Below are positions 38,673 through 48,767 of a DNA stretch of 64,000 bases, piece after piece. Source of the stretch: an uncultured delta proteobacterium (lineage in GTDB: Bacteria; Desulfobacterota; Desulfobacteria; Desulfobacterales; SG8-13). How positions within the stretch are numbered: the stretch's first letter is position 1; each line of letters opens with the position of its first letter. Both the position numbers and the translations under genes were made by a program. Below the pieces are notes generated by a model. It was given only the letters and a program-made list of their open reading frames with translations. It was not told the origin of the DNA and did no database searches. The stretch lies in contig CAWKCK010000007.1 in the NCBI GenBank assembly GCA_963848135.1, positions 1 through 64,000 on the forward strand. Reading direction: 5' to 3'.

Positions 38673-39875
38673 CCCACCTCCCTCTGCTCAGTGCGTGCCA
38701 GTTCCGGAAACTGTCGCAGGAAGGAGTTGAGGGCCATCAACATGAGGCCCAAAAAACCAAGACTGATTAAAAAATCTTCAATTCCCAATGGAAGGGTATG
38801 CGTTGAATGACTCAGCGCCGGCCCCACAAGAAGCAAATGTTCCAGCCAAATGCCGGTAATCATAAATGCGGCAAGCACCATCATAAAAACGGGCATGGTT
38901 TTTACTTTCCGATTGAGAAGGATAAAAAAAGGAATCACAAAGGAAACGGCAAAGACCAACCAGGCCAGATATTTCCAGGGAACCATCATGACCCGCTCGA
39001 TAACGTAAGCGGTCTCTTCGGGTATGTTGCCGTACCAGATGACAACCAGCTGCACATAGAAAAAGTCCGCCCATACCAGGCAGAACGCAAAGAAGAGTTT
39101 GCCGATATCGTGAAATTGAGATGAAGGCAGCTTGAAATCGTTCTTCGGATAGAGGTGCATGACGGCCGCGAATATGATCAGCGCCCCTAAGCCGACATAA
39201 ATGGCCTTGACAAAGGTGTAGGCCCCGAAAAGAGTCGAAATCCAGTGCGGGTCAAGGGCCATCACCAGGTCGTATCCGATGAGAGAAAGGACCAGAGTAA
39301 AGGCCAGCATATAAAGGATGGCCAGCACATCCACCCGTTTTCGTATAACCTCCGGATCCTGTTGACGGCCGCCTTGCAGTTTACGAAACAGGGTTCGGAT
39401 AATGCCTTTACCGTTGGTGGTGTTCACTTTTTTGAGCTGCAGAGAATAATAAAGGTAACCAAAACCCAGGCCGTAAAGAATAAAAAGGGCAATACAGACC
39501 CCGAGTGAATAGAAAGGGAATGTTGAGCCAGACCTCCTTGCCGTGAAGGTCGTGTCCGTGGGACCAGGGAAACACATGCGTCCCGCCAAAAAACAAGACC
39601 AGAAAGAGAATGAAAGACACCGGGAAAAACCCTGTGAAAGCCTCGGAAAGCCCTGAAAGCGGGCCACTCCACTTGGCCTTGACGGTGTGCATCAGGGTAG
39701 AGAAAAGCAGGCCCCCTTGAGCGATCGCCGACCAGATCAAGAAATTGATCAGGTAGGCCTTCCAGGCCTGATCGGGATGCCCGCTGGCTGTCAAATAGAT
39801 GAACGTCCCGAAACCGATGACGATCAGTGCAGACCATGCGATCCAGTAAGATGATTTCTTTCCTTCGTCGGCCAT
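38669..39875 (-). CDS. actF: ACIII subunit ActF, frameshifted
   Basis: AKWSGP, WLNIPF, DLVMALDPHWISTLFG, HDIGK and IWYGNIPEET. Two ORFs join by removing one base in the C4 run at 39499-39502. Confidence 0.88.
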
Positions 39876-39960
39876 TTTTGAACCTGTCGGTAAGAGAGTC
39901 AATTGCTTTTAACGATAAAATGCCCGCCATCTGAAGATAAGCCGGCAGAAGTAAATAGAG

Positions 39961-40467
39961 TCAATCAAAAACGCGAACATCGCCACCGTTTTTTTGGAAC
40001 AGGGAATGCAATTCCCCCTGCTGATCTTCCCGGCAGGATGCCAGCACACCGAAATGCTCGCCGGAACAGCGCTCGTCATAGTTTTCGAGATTTTGCATGC
40101 GCGGCAGGCGGGTCTGGGTCAGAAACCCGATCAGGTTGCCGAAGATGGCAAAGAGCACGGTGAACTCGAATCCCACGATGACAAACGGCACCAGCGCACG
40201 GACCGGCTTGCCGCTGACGATCAGATCCCAACGTTCGGCCGTTAGGATGGCCAACAAAAAACCCGCAAAAAATCCGATGATTCCCCCGCAGAGTGTAAAC
40301 CACCCCACCTTGCTGGTTTTGAGCTTGAGTGCTTCAGAGAGCTTGTGACTCGGTATGGGGCTGTGGACTCGGTGCAGCGTCCATTGCGTATTTTTGAGAT
40401 CATGGACGGCTGCCACCGCATGTTCCTCGCGTTTAAACAGCCCCATGAGGTATGTATCAATGGCCAT
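39961..40467 (-). CDS. actD: ACIII subunit ActD (DUF3341)
   Basis: HSPIP, VSGKP and FEFTVLFA. Confidence 0.9.
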   Translation of the reverse strand: MAIDTYLMGLFKREEHAVAAVHDLKNTQWTLHRVHSPIPSHKLSEALKLKTSKVGWFTLCGGIIGFFAGFLLAILTAERWDLIVSGKPVRALVPFVIVGFEFTVLFAIFGNLIGFLTQTRLPRMQNLENYDERCSGEHFGVLASCREDQQGELHSLFQKNGGDVRVFD

Positions 40468-41773
40468 GATCGCCTCCCTCGACCAGGGTTTCCTTCATTT
40501 CAGTCATGGAAACCGACGGCATGTGCTTGACGAAAAGCACGAAGAGAAAAAAGAACAGGCTGAAGCTGCCGAGCATGATGCCGAACTCGACAAGGGTCGG
40601 TCTGTATAGACTCCAGGCATTCGGCAGAAAATCGCGCCCGACACTGGTAATAATGATGATAAAACGCTCGTACCACATGCCGATGTTGACGACGATGGAG
40701 ATTGCAAACAACCATGGTATGGTGGTTCGGATCTTCTTGATTAAAAAGGCCAGGGGTATGATGGTGTTGCAAGTGACCATGATCCAAAAGGGGATGGCAT
40801 AGTCACCCGTGGCCCTCCAGGAGAAAATGTACTCCTCCACCGGGTTTTGGCTATACCAGGCGATGAAGAACTCCGTCCCGTATGCGAAACCGACGATCAT
40901 TCCGGTGAGAACAATGGTTTTGGCCACGCTCTCCAATACGTGCATCGTGATGATCTTCTCGTACTTGAAGATCTTCCGCAGAGGGATCATCAATGTTAAA
41001 ACCATCGCCAGGCCGGAATGAATCGCACCGGCCACGAAGTAAGGGGCGAAGATGGTCGTGTGCCAACCGGGCACCACCCCTAAGGCAAAATCCCAGGAAA
41101 CCACGCTGTGCACCGAGATAACCAATGGCGTGGCCAAGGCGGCGAAGAAAAGATAGATGCGGGTGTAATGGCGCCATTGCTCATGGGTTCCGGTCCAACC
41201 CAGGGACAACCAGGTAAATATCTTCTTGCGCCTGCCGACGGCACGGTCTCTGATGATGGCCAGATCAGGCAGCATGCCGGTATACCAAAACAGGGAACTG
41301 ACCGTCAGGTAGGTGCTTATCGCCACCACGTCGAACATCAATGGCGACTGAAAATTGGGCCACAGAGTTCTTTGGGTCGGTATCGGCAGCATATAGTAGA
41401 CCAGCCAGACGCGCCCCAGGTGGATGAACGGGAACAAGCCGGCGGTGCAGACCGCGAACACTGTCATGGTTTCGGCGGCCCGGGCGATGGGGTTGCGCCA
41501 TCCGGCCCGAAACAGGTGCAGAATGGCGGATATCAGCGTCCCGGAATGGGCGATACCGACCCAGAACACAAAATTAATCAGATAGGTCCCCCAGGCCACC
41601 GGTATGTTCATACCGGCGACTCCGATTCCCGTGAAAATCTGGTAAAGCCAGCAGGACAGCCCGACCAGGATTCCCATGAACAGCAACACCACGGTCAGCC
41701 AATAGGTCCCACGGGCGGGTGTCAGCGTATCCAGTACCGTATCATCAATTCGGTTAAAAGTCAGTTCGCTCAT
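40457..41773 (-). CDS. actC: ACIII subunit ActC (NrfD family quinol-oxidising subunit)
   Basis: NFVFWVGIAHSGTLISA, HLGRVW, SPLMFD, SVHSVVSWDFA and GWHTTIFAPYFVAGAI. Confidence 0.95.
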   Translation of the reverse strand: MSELTFNRIDDTVLDTLTPARGTYWLTVVLLFMGILVGLSCWLYQIFTGIGVAGMNIPVAWGTYLINFVFWVGIAHSGTLISAILHLFRAGWRNPIARAAETMTVFAVCTAGLFPFIHLGRVWLVYYMLPIPTQRTLWPNFQSPLMFDVVAISTYLTVSSLFWYTGMLPDLAIIRDRAVGRRKKIFTWLSLGWTGTHEQWRHYTRIYLFFAALATPLVISVHSVVSWDFALGVVPGWHTTIFAPYFVAGAIHSGLAMVLTLMIPLRKIFKYEKIITMHVLESVAKTIVLTGMIVGFAYGTEFFIAWYSQNPVEEYIFSWRATGDYAIPFWIMVTCNTIIPLAFLIKKIRTTIPWLFAISIVVNIGMWYERFIIIITSVGRDFLPNAWSLYRPTLVEFGIMLGSFSLFFFLFVLFVKHMPSVSMTEMKETLVEGGDHGH

Positions 41774-41791
41774 ACTAAGTTCCCGTTTTGT

Positions 41792-41845
41792 CCGTTGGGC
41801 CCGGTGAGTCTGTTGGGCCTGTTGAGCCCGTTGAGCCTGTTAACC
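41792..41845. repeat. 6 x 9-bp degenerate tandem repeat C(C/T)GTTG(A/G)GC
   Basis: Counted directly in the actB-actC spacer. Confidence 0.8.
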
Positions 41846-41876
41846 GGCTTAACGGACCAATCCCGCCGAGACGGGA

Positions 41877-44840
41877 CTAGACTTCCTGCACTACCTTCTT
41901 CAGGTAAATAACTCCCGGCTTAGTGTTTAGATAACCCATGATTTGGTAGGATCGAGGGTCGTCCACCATTTTTCTCACACGGCTATTCGGATCCATCAGA
42001 CTGCCGAAAACAAGGGCATCGGTGGGGCACGTCTGCACACAAGCCGGCACCACCTCACCGTCCCGAATCTTACGGTCTTCATTCTTGGCCCAGCCGTGAG
42101 CCTCTTTGATGCGCTGTACGCAGAAGGAGCATTTCTCCATGACGCCCTTGGCCCGGACGGTCACGTTGGGGTTGAGCTGGTATTGAAGCGGGTTCGGCCA
42201 TTCCCAGCTATACCAGTTAAACCGTCTCACCTTGTAGGGACAGTTCTGACTGCAATAGCGCGTTCCGATGCAACGGTTGTAAATCTGATTGTTCATCCCC
42301 TCCTTGTTGTGATGGGGCGCATATACAGGGCAAACCGACTCACACGGTGCATTGTCGCAGTGCTGACACATGAGCGGCAAAAAGGTGATCCGTTCCGGAT
42401 TATTCTTGTCCTCATAACGTTCAATGCTAAGCCAGGCCATTTCGCGTCCCTCGAGCACACGTTCGACTCCGACAATGCCGATGTTGTTTTCGGCGTAACA
42501 TGCGGCCGCGCAGGCACCGCATCCGATGCAGCGATCCAGGTCCACCACCATGCCCCAACGATAGTCATTATGATCGTGCGGTTTGTAAAAATCGCGTTTG
42601 GGATCATATCCTTCCGGAAGCGGCAAAGTTAAGGGAAAATCCCACATGGTCAATCCGGCTTTCTTGCGCTGCTTCAGGGATTCGAGAGAACGCAACGGAA
42701 CGCTGACCGCGATTTTACGTCCGAGCTGGGTCCGGTTGCCGTCGGTGTGGGCGAGCTTCATCGTCTGGCCGGTTTTCTTGATCTGGACTCCGGAAACCAT
42801 AAATTGCGGGCTGCCGGTACCATCGACCGGATCGGGTGGTGTGATCAAGATCGGATTGACACCCTTGCCGGCGGCATAGCGCCCAAAATCTTTATGTCCC
42901 TGTCCGATACTAATGGATAGGACGCCAGGGACAACGCTCATGGTTTCGAAAACCGGAGCCTCCACCTGCCCCCAATTGCTGACAATTTGAATCCGGTCTC
43001 CTTGTTTCAGTCCTTCGGTCTCGAGCGTTCGCGGATTCACTAGCACCGGCGCTTGCCAGGCGACGCGCGTAATCGGATCAGGAACTTCGCACAGCCAGGG
43101 CCTGTTGGCGCCACGGCCGTCAAAAAAACGGATGGAGGGCGTTGCAATAAACGTGAACTCGTTATCCGCCGGCGGTTTGATCTCCGCAGAAAGTCTTGGG
43201 TCCAAGGTTGTCGGCGCGGCAGGCGGTAGCGGGATCGCCTGCTCTTCGGCAGTTTTGAAGATACCGCCATTTTGCAAAGTCTGCAGCCATTCCATCTCTT
43301 GCCCGATTCGTTTTTTCGCAATCAAATCGGCTATCAGGTAAGCTTTGAAGCTATCGTCGGGACTGTTCTTGTCAAAGGCAGCTTCCAGAAAAACATCGCC
43401 GATGCGATCGCGGCCATTGACTCTTCCCATTGCCGGCTGAATGGTCGAAACGAATTCCAACTTGCCACTGTATTCATCCCAGGTCTCCAATGACAGGCTG
43501 ACGGGCATAATAAGGTCAGCCATGGCCGTTGTTTCGTCCATAAAATTGCTGAAAGACACAACGAACAGGGCGTCTCTCCGGAGGATTTGTTCGAAATCAG
43601 CGCCCCCGGGGGTGGTGAAAACGGGATTGACATTGTTCAGGAGCAACAGATCGACCGGCTCCTGATCGAGAGCCTCGATGAAGTTCAAAACCTCCGCCCG
43701 GGTGGCCGCAACCTCAACCCGGTGCCGTTGCCCAAAGTCGTGCAGCGGCAGTTGCGGATTCATAATCCAATTGAGATAGTTTACTGCCACGTCGGTCTGC
43801 AGCGCCTGCGGTCCGGCAGCAGCAACACCGGACCCAAGTATCAATGGATTTTCGGCTTGCATCAATGCATTGACCAGGCGTTCATAGGCTTCGGTACCAA
43901 CACCGGTCAACTCAATCACTCGATCTTTAAGGTAAGGGGCCGTAACGCTCTCGAGTTCGGCGCGCAGAGGCGTTTCCGGACCGATGACACGACCGCCGCG
44001 CATGACTTCGCCGATCAGACCGAGAGCCAGAACAGCCTCGCTGCCGGGTCGGCAGGCCAACCATAAATCGGCGTTGGCAGCGGTGAGTGACATGTGGGGA
44101 CCAATGTGGAAAAACCGGCCTTTGCGTCCGTTCCGCAGAGCGTGCATCGATTTGAATTTACGGGCGTATTCCACAGGAGAGAGCCAACTTTCCAGGAAAT
44201 CGGCGCCAAAGCCGATCAGGACATCGGCCTCGTCTATGTGATACGAGGGCAGCCCCTTGACACTGAAGACAGCCTCATTGGCCGCTTTCAGCGTTTCATA
44301 GGCAAAGGGTTCGTAGAAAAGCGGTCCATTCGATCTCCACTGTTTCAGGGCGTCGTTGAAGAGTTTTTCCAAGCTCGTGCCGACGACCTCACTCAGCATT
44401 CGAACCCTATCAGGTCCGGCACCGGAAGCTGCCTTGGCTTTGGTTTTGAGAATGTAACCCGCCTCTTTGAATGTAACCGGACGCCATGCGCCGTTTTCTT
44501 TTAATAGGGGTGTATTGATCCGGTCCGGGTTGAAGATCCCCTGCACTGCGGCTTGTCCGCGCATGCAGAGCTTACCCTGATTAATCGGATGCAGCGGGTT
44601 GCCTTCGATCTTGATGACACGACCTTCCCGATTTTTGGCCAGTATACCGCAACCCGCCGGGCACTCCCGGCAAGTGGACGCATACCACGTGGCATCACCG
44701 GTCACCATGTCGTCGGGTGCGTGAATCAGTGAGTAAAGTGTTTTGTCAGGTCGGGGTTGGTTATACGGATCGGGGGTACAGCCGGCAGCCATCGAGATGC
44801 TGCTCATGCCGACAATCTTCAGGAAGGTTCGCCGATTCAT
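41877..44840 (-). CDS. actB: ACIII subunit ActB (molybdopterin-oxidoreductase-like plus Fe-S fusion, Tat lipoprotein)
   Basis: NRRTFLK...AAGC signal. CIGCGACAAAC, CQHC..APC...CP, CIGTRYC...CP and CSFC...CVQTCP. Confidence 0.93.
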   Translation of the reverse strand: MNRRTFLKIVGMSSISMAAGCTPDPYNQPRPDKTLYSLIHAPDDMVTGDATWYASTCRECPAGCGILAKNREGRVIKIEGNPLHPINQGKLCMRGQAAVQGIFNPDRINTPLLKENGAWRPVTFKEAGYILKTKAKAASGAGPDRVRMLSEVVGTSLEKLFNDALKQWRSNGPLFYEPFAYETLKAANEAVFSVKGLPSYHIDEADVLIGFGADFLESWLSPVEYARKFKSMHALRNGRKGRFFHIGPHMSLTAANADLWLACRPGSEAVLALGLIGEVMRGGRVIGPETPLRAELESVTAPYLKDRVIELTGVGTEAYERLVNALMQAENPLILGSGVAAAGPQALQTDVAVNYLNWIMNPQLPLHDFGQRHRVEVAATRAEVLNFIEALDQEPVDLLLLNNVNPVFTTPGGADFEQILRRDALFVVSFSNFMDETTAMADLIMPVSLSLETWDEYSGKLEFVSTIQPAMGRVNGRDRIGDVFLEAAFDKNSPDDSFKAYLIADLIAKKRIGQEMEWLQTLQNGGIFKTAEEQAIPLPPAAPTTLDPRLSAEIKPPADNEFTFIATPSIRFFDGRGANRPWLCEVPDPITRVAWQAPVLVNPRTLETEGLKQGDRIQIVSNWGQVEAPVFETMSVVPGVLSISIGQGHKDFGRYAAGKGVNPILITPPDPVDGTGSPQFMVSGVQIKKTGQTMKLAHTDGNRTQLGRKIAVSVPLRSLESLKQRKKAGLTMWDFPLTLPLPEGYDPKRDFYKPHDHNDYRWGMVVDLDRCIGCGACAAACYAENNIGIVGVERVLEGREMAWLSIERYEDKNNPERITFLPLMCQHCDNAPCESVCPVYAPHHNKEGMNNQIYNRCIGTRYCSQNCPYKVRRFNWYSWEWPNPLQYQLNPNVTVRAKGVMEKCSFCVQRIKEAHGWAKNEDRKIRDGEVVPACVQTCPTDALVFGSLMDPNSRVRKMVDDPRSYQIMGYLNTKPGVIYLKKVVQEV

Positions 44841-45080
44841 TTAAAACGATTCTCCGTAACCAAGAGGGGTTGGTATCGTTTGATCAGGCTGGCATGCTTG
44901 GTTATATGCAATACGCGGCTTTCTGGCATGCAAACTCTTTCTACTCGTTCAATAGGCAAGGCATGAATTTATCAAATGGTTATAAAATTAAGGCTGCTGT
45001 GTCAAGACTTGTCGTGAGGGAACAGGCAAATAAGATGTTCATAGTTTTTGAGTATTTTCAAAGAGGAGGAGGGCTTGAAG

Positions 45081-45212
45081 ATGATGCGCGAGGGTTTCAT
45101 GGCGCTCTGGGATCTCGGCCCCACGATTTCAGGCGCCAAAGCCGGTTTAAAAGAATATGCCGCCATGGGGTTCGGATTGAGCTTATCGGCGTCGGTAAGC
45201 GCGTATGGATAG
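45081..45212 (+). CDS. candidate 43-aa small protein
   Basis: RBS AGGAGGAGG, ORF MMREGFMALWDLGPTISGAKAGLKEYAAMGFGLSLSASVSAYG*, terminator directly after. Confidence 0.4.
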   Translation: MMREGFMALWDLGPTISGAKAGLKEYAAMGFGLSLSASVSAYG

Positions 45213-45213
45213 C

Positions 45214-45250
45214 AAAAGGCAGAACCACGGATGGTTCTGTCTTTATTTTT
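45214..45250. terminator. bidirectional intrinsic terminator
   Basis: AAAAGGCAGAACCA-CGGA-TGGTTCTGTCTTTATTTTT. Confidence 0.75.
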
Positions 45251-45287
45251 GGTCAGAGCCGGCAGTAAAATATTCCGTTTAAACGGT

Positions 45288-47786
45288 TTAAACGGTGGAT
45301 TCTGCCTGTTGCCGCATCCGGACGTTGATCGCAAGTTTCTCCAACGCCAATCTGACCACGTCACCGGTGTGGGGATGTTTTTCGACGTATGCCTTAAAAA
45401 ACCCCTGAACAGTATCCAGCCGGTCGATTCCTGCCGAAGGAATGACGGCCGCGATCACTCTTTCATAAAGCAGCGGATGAAACGCCTCCAGATTCTGCAG
45501 GTGGTCCGTATACCAGACCCAGAGATGATCGCTCAAGTGCGGGTTGGCGGCTACTGCCACGATCGGGATAAATTTGTTTTTTTGCGGGACGTTTTCCAGG
45601 GTGAACTCAAGGGCCTGGTTCATGATTGAAGCATCTTTGAACCACCCTATTGCACTGAGAATGTTGAGACGATCGTGTTCGTTGACCGTGGAAAGAAAAC
45701 GCCGTCGGAGCCAATCGAAGACCTCTGAACCGCCGCTCAGTGCTCCGATCTGCAGAACGCTCCTATGGATGTCGGGGTGGATGGTGCCGCCGTCACGTAA
45801 AATGGCGAGTTGCTTTGTGGCAAAATCGATGACGTCTTCCGACCCGAAAACCGCAGCCGGAAGCAAGATTTGATCCCGCAGCAGGGAGGTCGTAAAAATC
45901 TCGTCGGTCCGGGGTTGTCGACCGATTCTTTTCAGGGCATCCTGGAGCAGTTGCCGGCCAAAGGACGCTACCTTCTTTTTCTTCTTACCCGAAAGGACGT
46001 TATAGGTTTGAAACAAGTTGGCGGTAATGCTGGAAAGGGGCAGGAACGCCTCCTCGGCTTCATAGAATTTTAAAAACTCGAGGTAGTCATCGATACCGGC
46101 ATCGGCACACCTGACCGACGCATAAAGATCATTTTGGAGGCCCCAACGGTCCGCTGCCTCTAAGGCGTTTTTACGGACCAGGGCCCCGAGGCTTTCAAGA
46201 TCGTCGGGGGTGACATAGTGGACACGGTAGAATCCACTTTGGCCGACATTGACCTTGTAAGCGGCAGTATCCGGTGCGAGATCGACAACCAATGTTTCAT
46301 CCGCCATAAGTGTGCGCAAGACCTGCGCGTCACCATCGGGCTGAATCATACTGACACTGATCGGTATTTCCCACAACTGTTTAAAAGAATTCGGTAGATA
46401 AGAGAATCTGCGTTGCTGCAGACGAAGCGTCGCGCCCTGGCGCTCGACAGTGACCACCGGATAACCCGGTTGCTCGACCCAGCTTTTCATCACCCGGGTC
46501 ACCGGTATATCCGACGTGCTTTCAAATGCCTCCCATAGTTGTTGACTGGCGGCATTGCCGTAGGCATGCGTATTCAGGTAACGGTTCAATCCCTCCCGAA
46601 ACAAATCCTCGCCGATGAATTCTTTTATCTGGCGCAGGATGCTGCCGCCCTTGCTGTAAATAATCGGGGCGGTGCTGGTATTGATCACCACATGTTCACC
46701 CCCGGGAATCTCAATGGCAAAAGTCTCGTGCAGACCGTCACGCGTCAGAGCACTTTCAGTCTGACTGCTGATGAACTGTTCCCAAATACCCCATTCGGGA
46801 TGATAATGGTCGACGACCCCATAGCCGAAAAATGTAGCAAAACTCTCGTTGAGCCACAGGTAGCGCCAGTCCGAAGGCGTCACCAGATTCCCGAACCACT
46901 GGTGAGCGATCTCGTGGGCGATCACCTCGCATATACGCTCCTCACCCGCCCGGGAGGTTATGTCCGAGTAGTGCAGTAACAGGTTTTCGCGGAATGTTAT
47001 CGCCCCCCAGTTTTCCATGGCCCCAAAGGCAAAATCCGGCACGGCGATAAGGTCCATCTTCGGCAAGGGATAGGGAATCCGGTAATACTCTTCACAGTAA
47101 CGAAGCGCAAGCCGACCGAATTCCAGTCCATAGACAGCGTATTGGCCCATACCGGGGGGGGTTGCGGCGCGCACCCGGCCATCTGAATGGCTTTGTACAA
47201 ACTCGAAGTCACCGACACCGAAAAACAACAGATAGGTCGACATTCTTGGCGTTCGCCTGAAGGTGACACGCTTTTTGCCGTTATCAACCGGCTCTTCGGT
47301 CTCGCTAACCGTGTTGGATATCGCTGACAATCCGGCATCGACGATCAAAATAATATCGAACGTCGCCTTTTTGTTGGGATGATCCAGGCACGGAAACGCA
47401 CGCCGGGCGTCGCTCTCCTCGAATTGGGTCACCGCTAAGTAATGTGATTGCCCGTCTTTGCTGTATCGGCTGCGGTAAAACCCGGCCATCCGATCATTAA
47501 TCAAACCTTCGAAATCGATAGAGATTTCTAGCTCGCCCGCAAAAGCGCGTGGTAGTCGAATGCATAGTTCTTCCTTGGCGGGATCCATAAAAAAGGGGCA
47601 AATTAGTTTGGCACCGTCGATCGTCACACGGCAGCGCCAAATGGCCAACTCGAGTGCGTTGAGAGTTACCTCATTCAAGCGGGAAGGAAGTTCACCGGTT
47701 ATGATGACCGCGCCTGAAAATCGAAAGCCTTCCAGGTCCGGTGTGAGGGTGATGTGGTAGTGTTTCGGAATGAAATCGTTCATCAA
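45288..47786 (-). CDS. pepN: M1 family aminopeptidase
   Basis: TQFE..DARRAFPC, GAMENWG, HEIAHQWFG..LNE and YSKG. Confidence 0.95.
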   Translation of the reverse strand: MMNDFIPKHYHITLTPDLEGFRFSGAVIITGELPSRLNEVTLNALELAIWRCRVTIDGAKLICPFFMDPAKEELCIRLPRAFAGELEISIDFEGLINDRMAGFYRSRYSKDGQSHYLAVTQFEESDARRAFPCLDHPNKKATFDIILIVDAGLSAISNTVSETEEPVDNGKKRVTFRRTPRMSTYLLFFGVGDFEFVQSHSDGRVRAATPPGMGQYAVYGLEFGRLALRYCEEYYRIPYPLPKMDLIAVPDFAFGAMENWGAITFRENLLLHYSDITSRAGEERICEVIAHEIAHQWFGNLVTPSDWRYLWLNESFATFFGYGVVDHYHPEWGIWEQFISSQTESALTRDGLHETFAIEIPGGEHVVINTSTAPIIYSKGGSILRQIKEFIGEDLFREGLNRYLNTHAYGNAASQQLWEAFESTSDIPVTRVMKSWVEQPGYPVVTVERQGATLRLQQRRFSYLPNSFKQLWEIPISVSMIQPDGDAQVLRTLMADETLVVDLAPDTAAYKVNVGQSGFYRVHYVTPDDLESLGALVRKNALEAADRWGLQNDLYASVRCADAGIDDYLEFLKFYEAEEAFLPLSSITANLFQTYNVLSGKKKKKVASFGRQLLQDALKRIGRQPRTDEIFTTSLLRDQILLPAAVFGSEDVIDFATKQLAILRDGGTIHPDIHRSVLQIGALSGGSEVFDWLRRRFLSTVNEHDRLNILSAIGWFKDASIMNQALEFTLENVPQKNKFIPIVAVAANPHLSDHLWVWYTDHLQNLEAFHPLLYERVIAAVIPSAGIDRLDTVQGFFKAYVEKHPHTGDVVRLALEKLAINVRMRQQAESTV

Positions 47787-48038
47787 ATCCTCCGATATGA
47801 TTTATAGGCGTTCCTGTGTTATTTGTTGGAAATTTTAATCGTAAGGATGGCTGATGCGTTGACATCAAAAACCGTGCGGCCGACCGCAAAGGTCGTTCAG
47901 CGGTTGATCACACGTCTAACACAGGATTGATAAACGGACAAGACACTTGGTGGGAATGATGGCAAATGTGAGCCGAACAGAATTCGAAAGCCCCGGCATC
48001 TATGATTCGTCGCCGGAAAATATCAAGCCGTTTTCCGG

Positions 48039-48512
48039 CTAACAGCACCTTGATAGAGACCAGTTTATCTCAACCGGCACCTGGTCCTGCGATTGCAAGC
48101 CGGTCACCTGATGATCGCCGGCAATGCTCCTTCCCGCATGCATAACCAAAGTGGCCCATAAGGCATCGAGGGTAAAGGGTTTGGGGAGATAGTCGTTGAT
48201 GCCGATAGAATAGGCCGTTGCGATGGCATCGTGATTTCCGCCGGCGGAAATCAAAACCGTTATGGTATTGGGGTTACTGCTGATGGCCTGTCGGAAGAAT
48301 TCCAGTCCATTCATCCCGGGCAGTCTATAGTCACTTATAATGATATCGAATGCCTCTTGCTCAAGCGCCCTCAAGCCCTCCTCTGCGGTTTTGACGACCC
48401 GGAGCGGATAGCCTTTCTGGGTGAAAGCCAGTTCCATGGAATTCCGAACGAACCGATCATCATCGATCAGCAATGTCTTCAAGTATTTCAGTTTTTGATA
48501 GGTGTTAATCAT
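48039..48512 (-). CDS. single-domain response regulator
   Basis: LIDDD, IISDYRLPGMNG and YLPKPF. Confidence 0.9.
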   Translation of the reverse strand: MINTYQKLKYLKTLLIDDDRFVRNSMELAFTQKGYPLRVVKTAEEGLRALEQEAFDIIISDYRLPGMNGLEFFRQAISSNPNTITVLISAGGNHDAIATAYSIGINDYLPKPFTLDALWATLVMHAGRSIAGDHQVTGLQSQDQVPVEINWSLSRCC

Positions 48513-48555
48513 TGTCAGTTTCCCCTGCAGCAATTGGTGTTTCTTACTCTCTTTA

Positions 48556-48570
48556 ACAATTATCGTGCCA
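48556..48570 (-). promoter_or_regulatory. sigma54 -24/-12 promoter
   Basis: TGGCACG-ATAA-TTGT on the minus strand (consensus TGGCACG-N4-TTGC). Confidence 0.6.
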
Positions 48571-48657
48571 CAAGAGAATTATGGGAATAAACAGAATATT
48601 TACAGAATTTTATGGCTATTTCGTGCCGAGACGAATCGTTTTGAGCGCCGGCTGGAA

Positions 48658-48696
48658 TGGGGTAAATACCCCATCAACGGTGTGGAAATTGCCCCA
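48658..48696. promoter_or_regulatory. tandem palindromic enhancer (UAS) candidates
   Basis: TGGGGTAAATACCCCA and TGTGGAAATTGCCCCA, 23 bp apart, about 90-125 bp upstream of the sigma54 site. Confidence 0.55.
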
Positions 48697-48767
48697 ACGA
48701 AAAGAGCAGAAAGCAGGAAGGCAGTTTGGACTCACAATTCTTTGAATCTTGGTGCTAACTCCGGGAA

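Noticed and set aside
44891..44965. Three GGCATG motifs spaced 34-35 bp upstream of actB
   Set aside because: Short motif. None has a valid sigma54 -12 element, and chance cannot be excluded.
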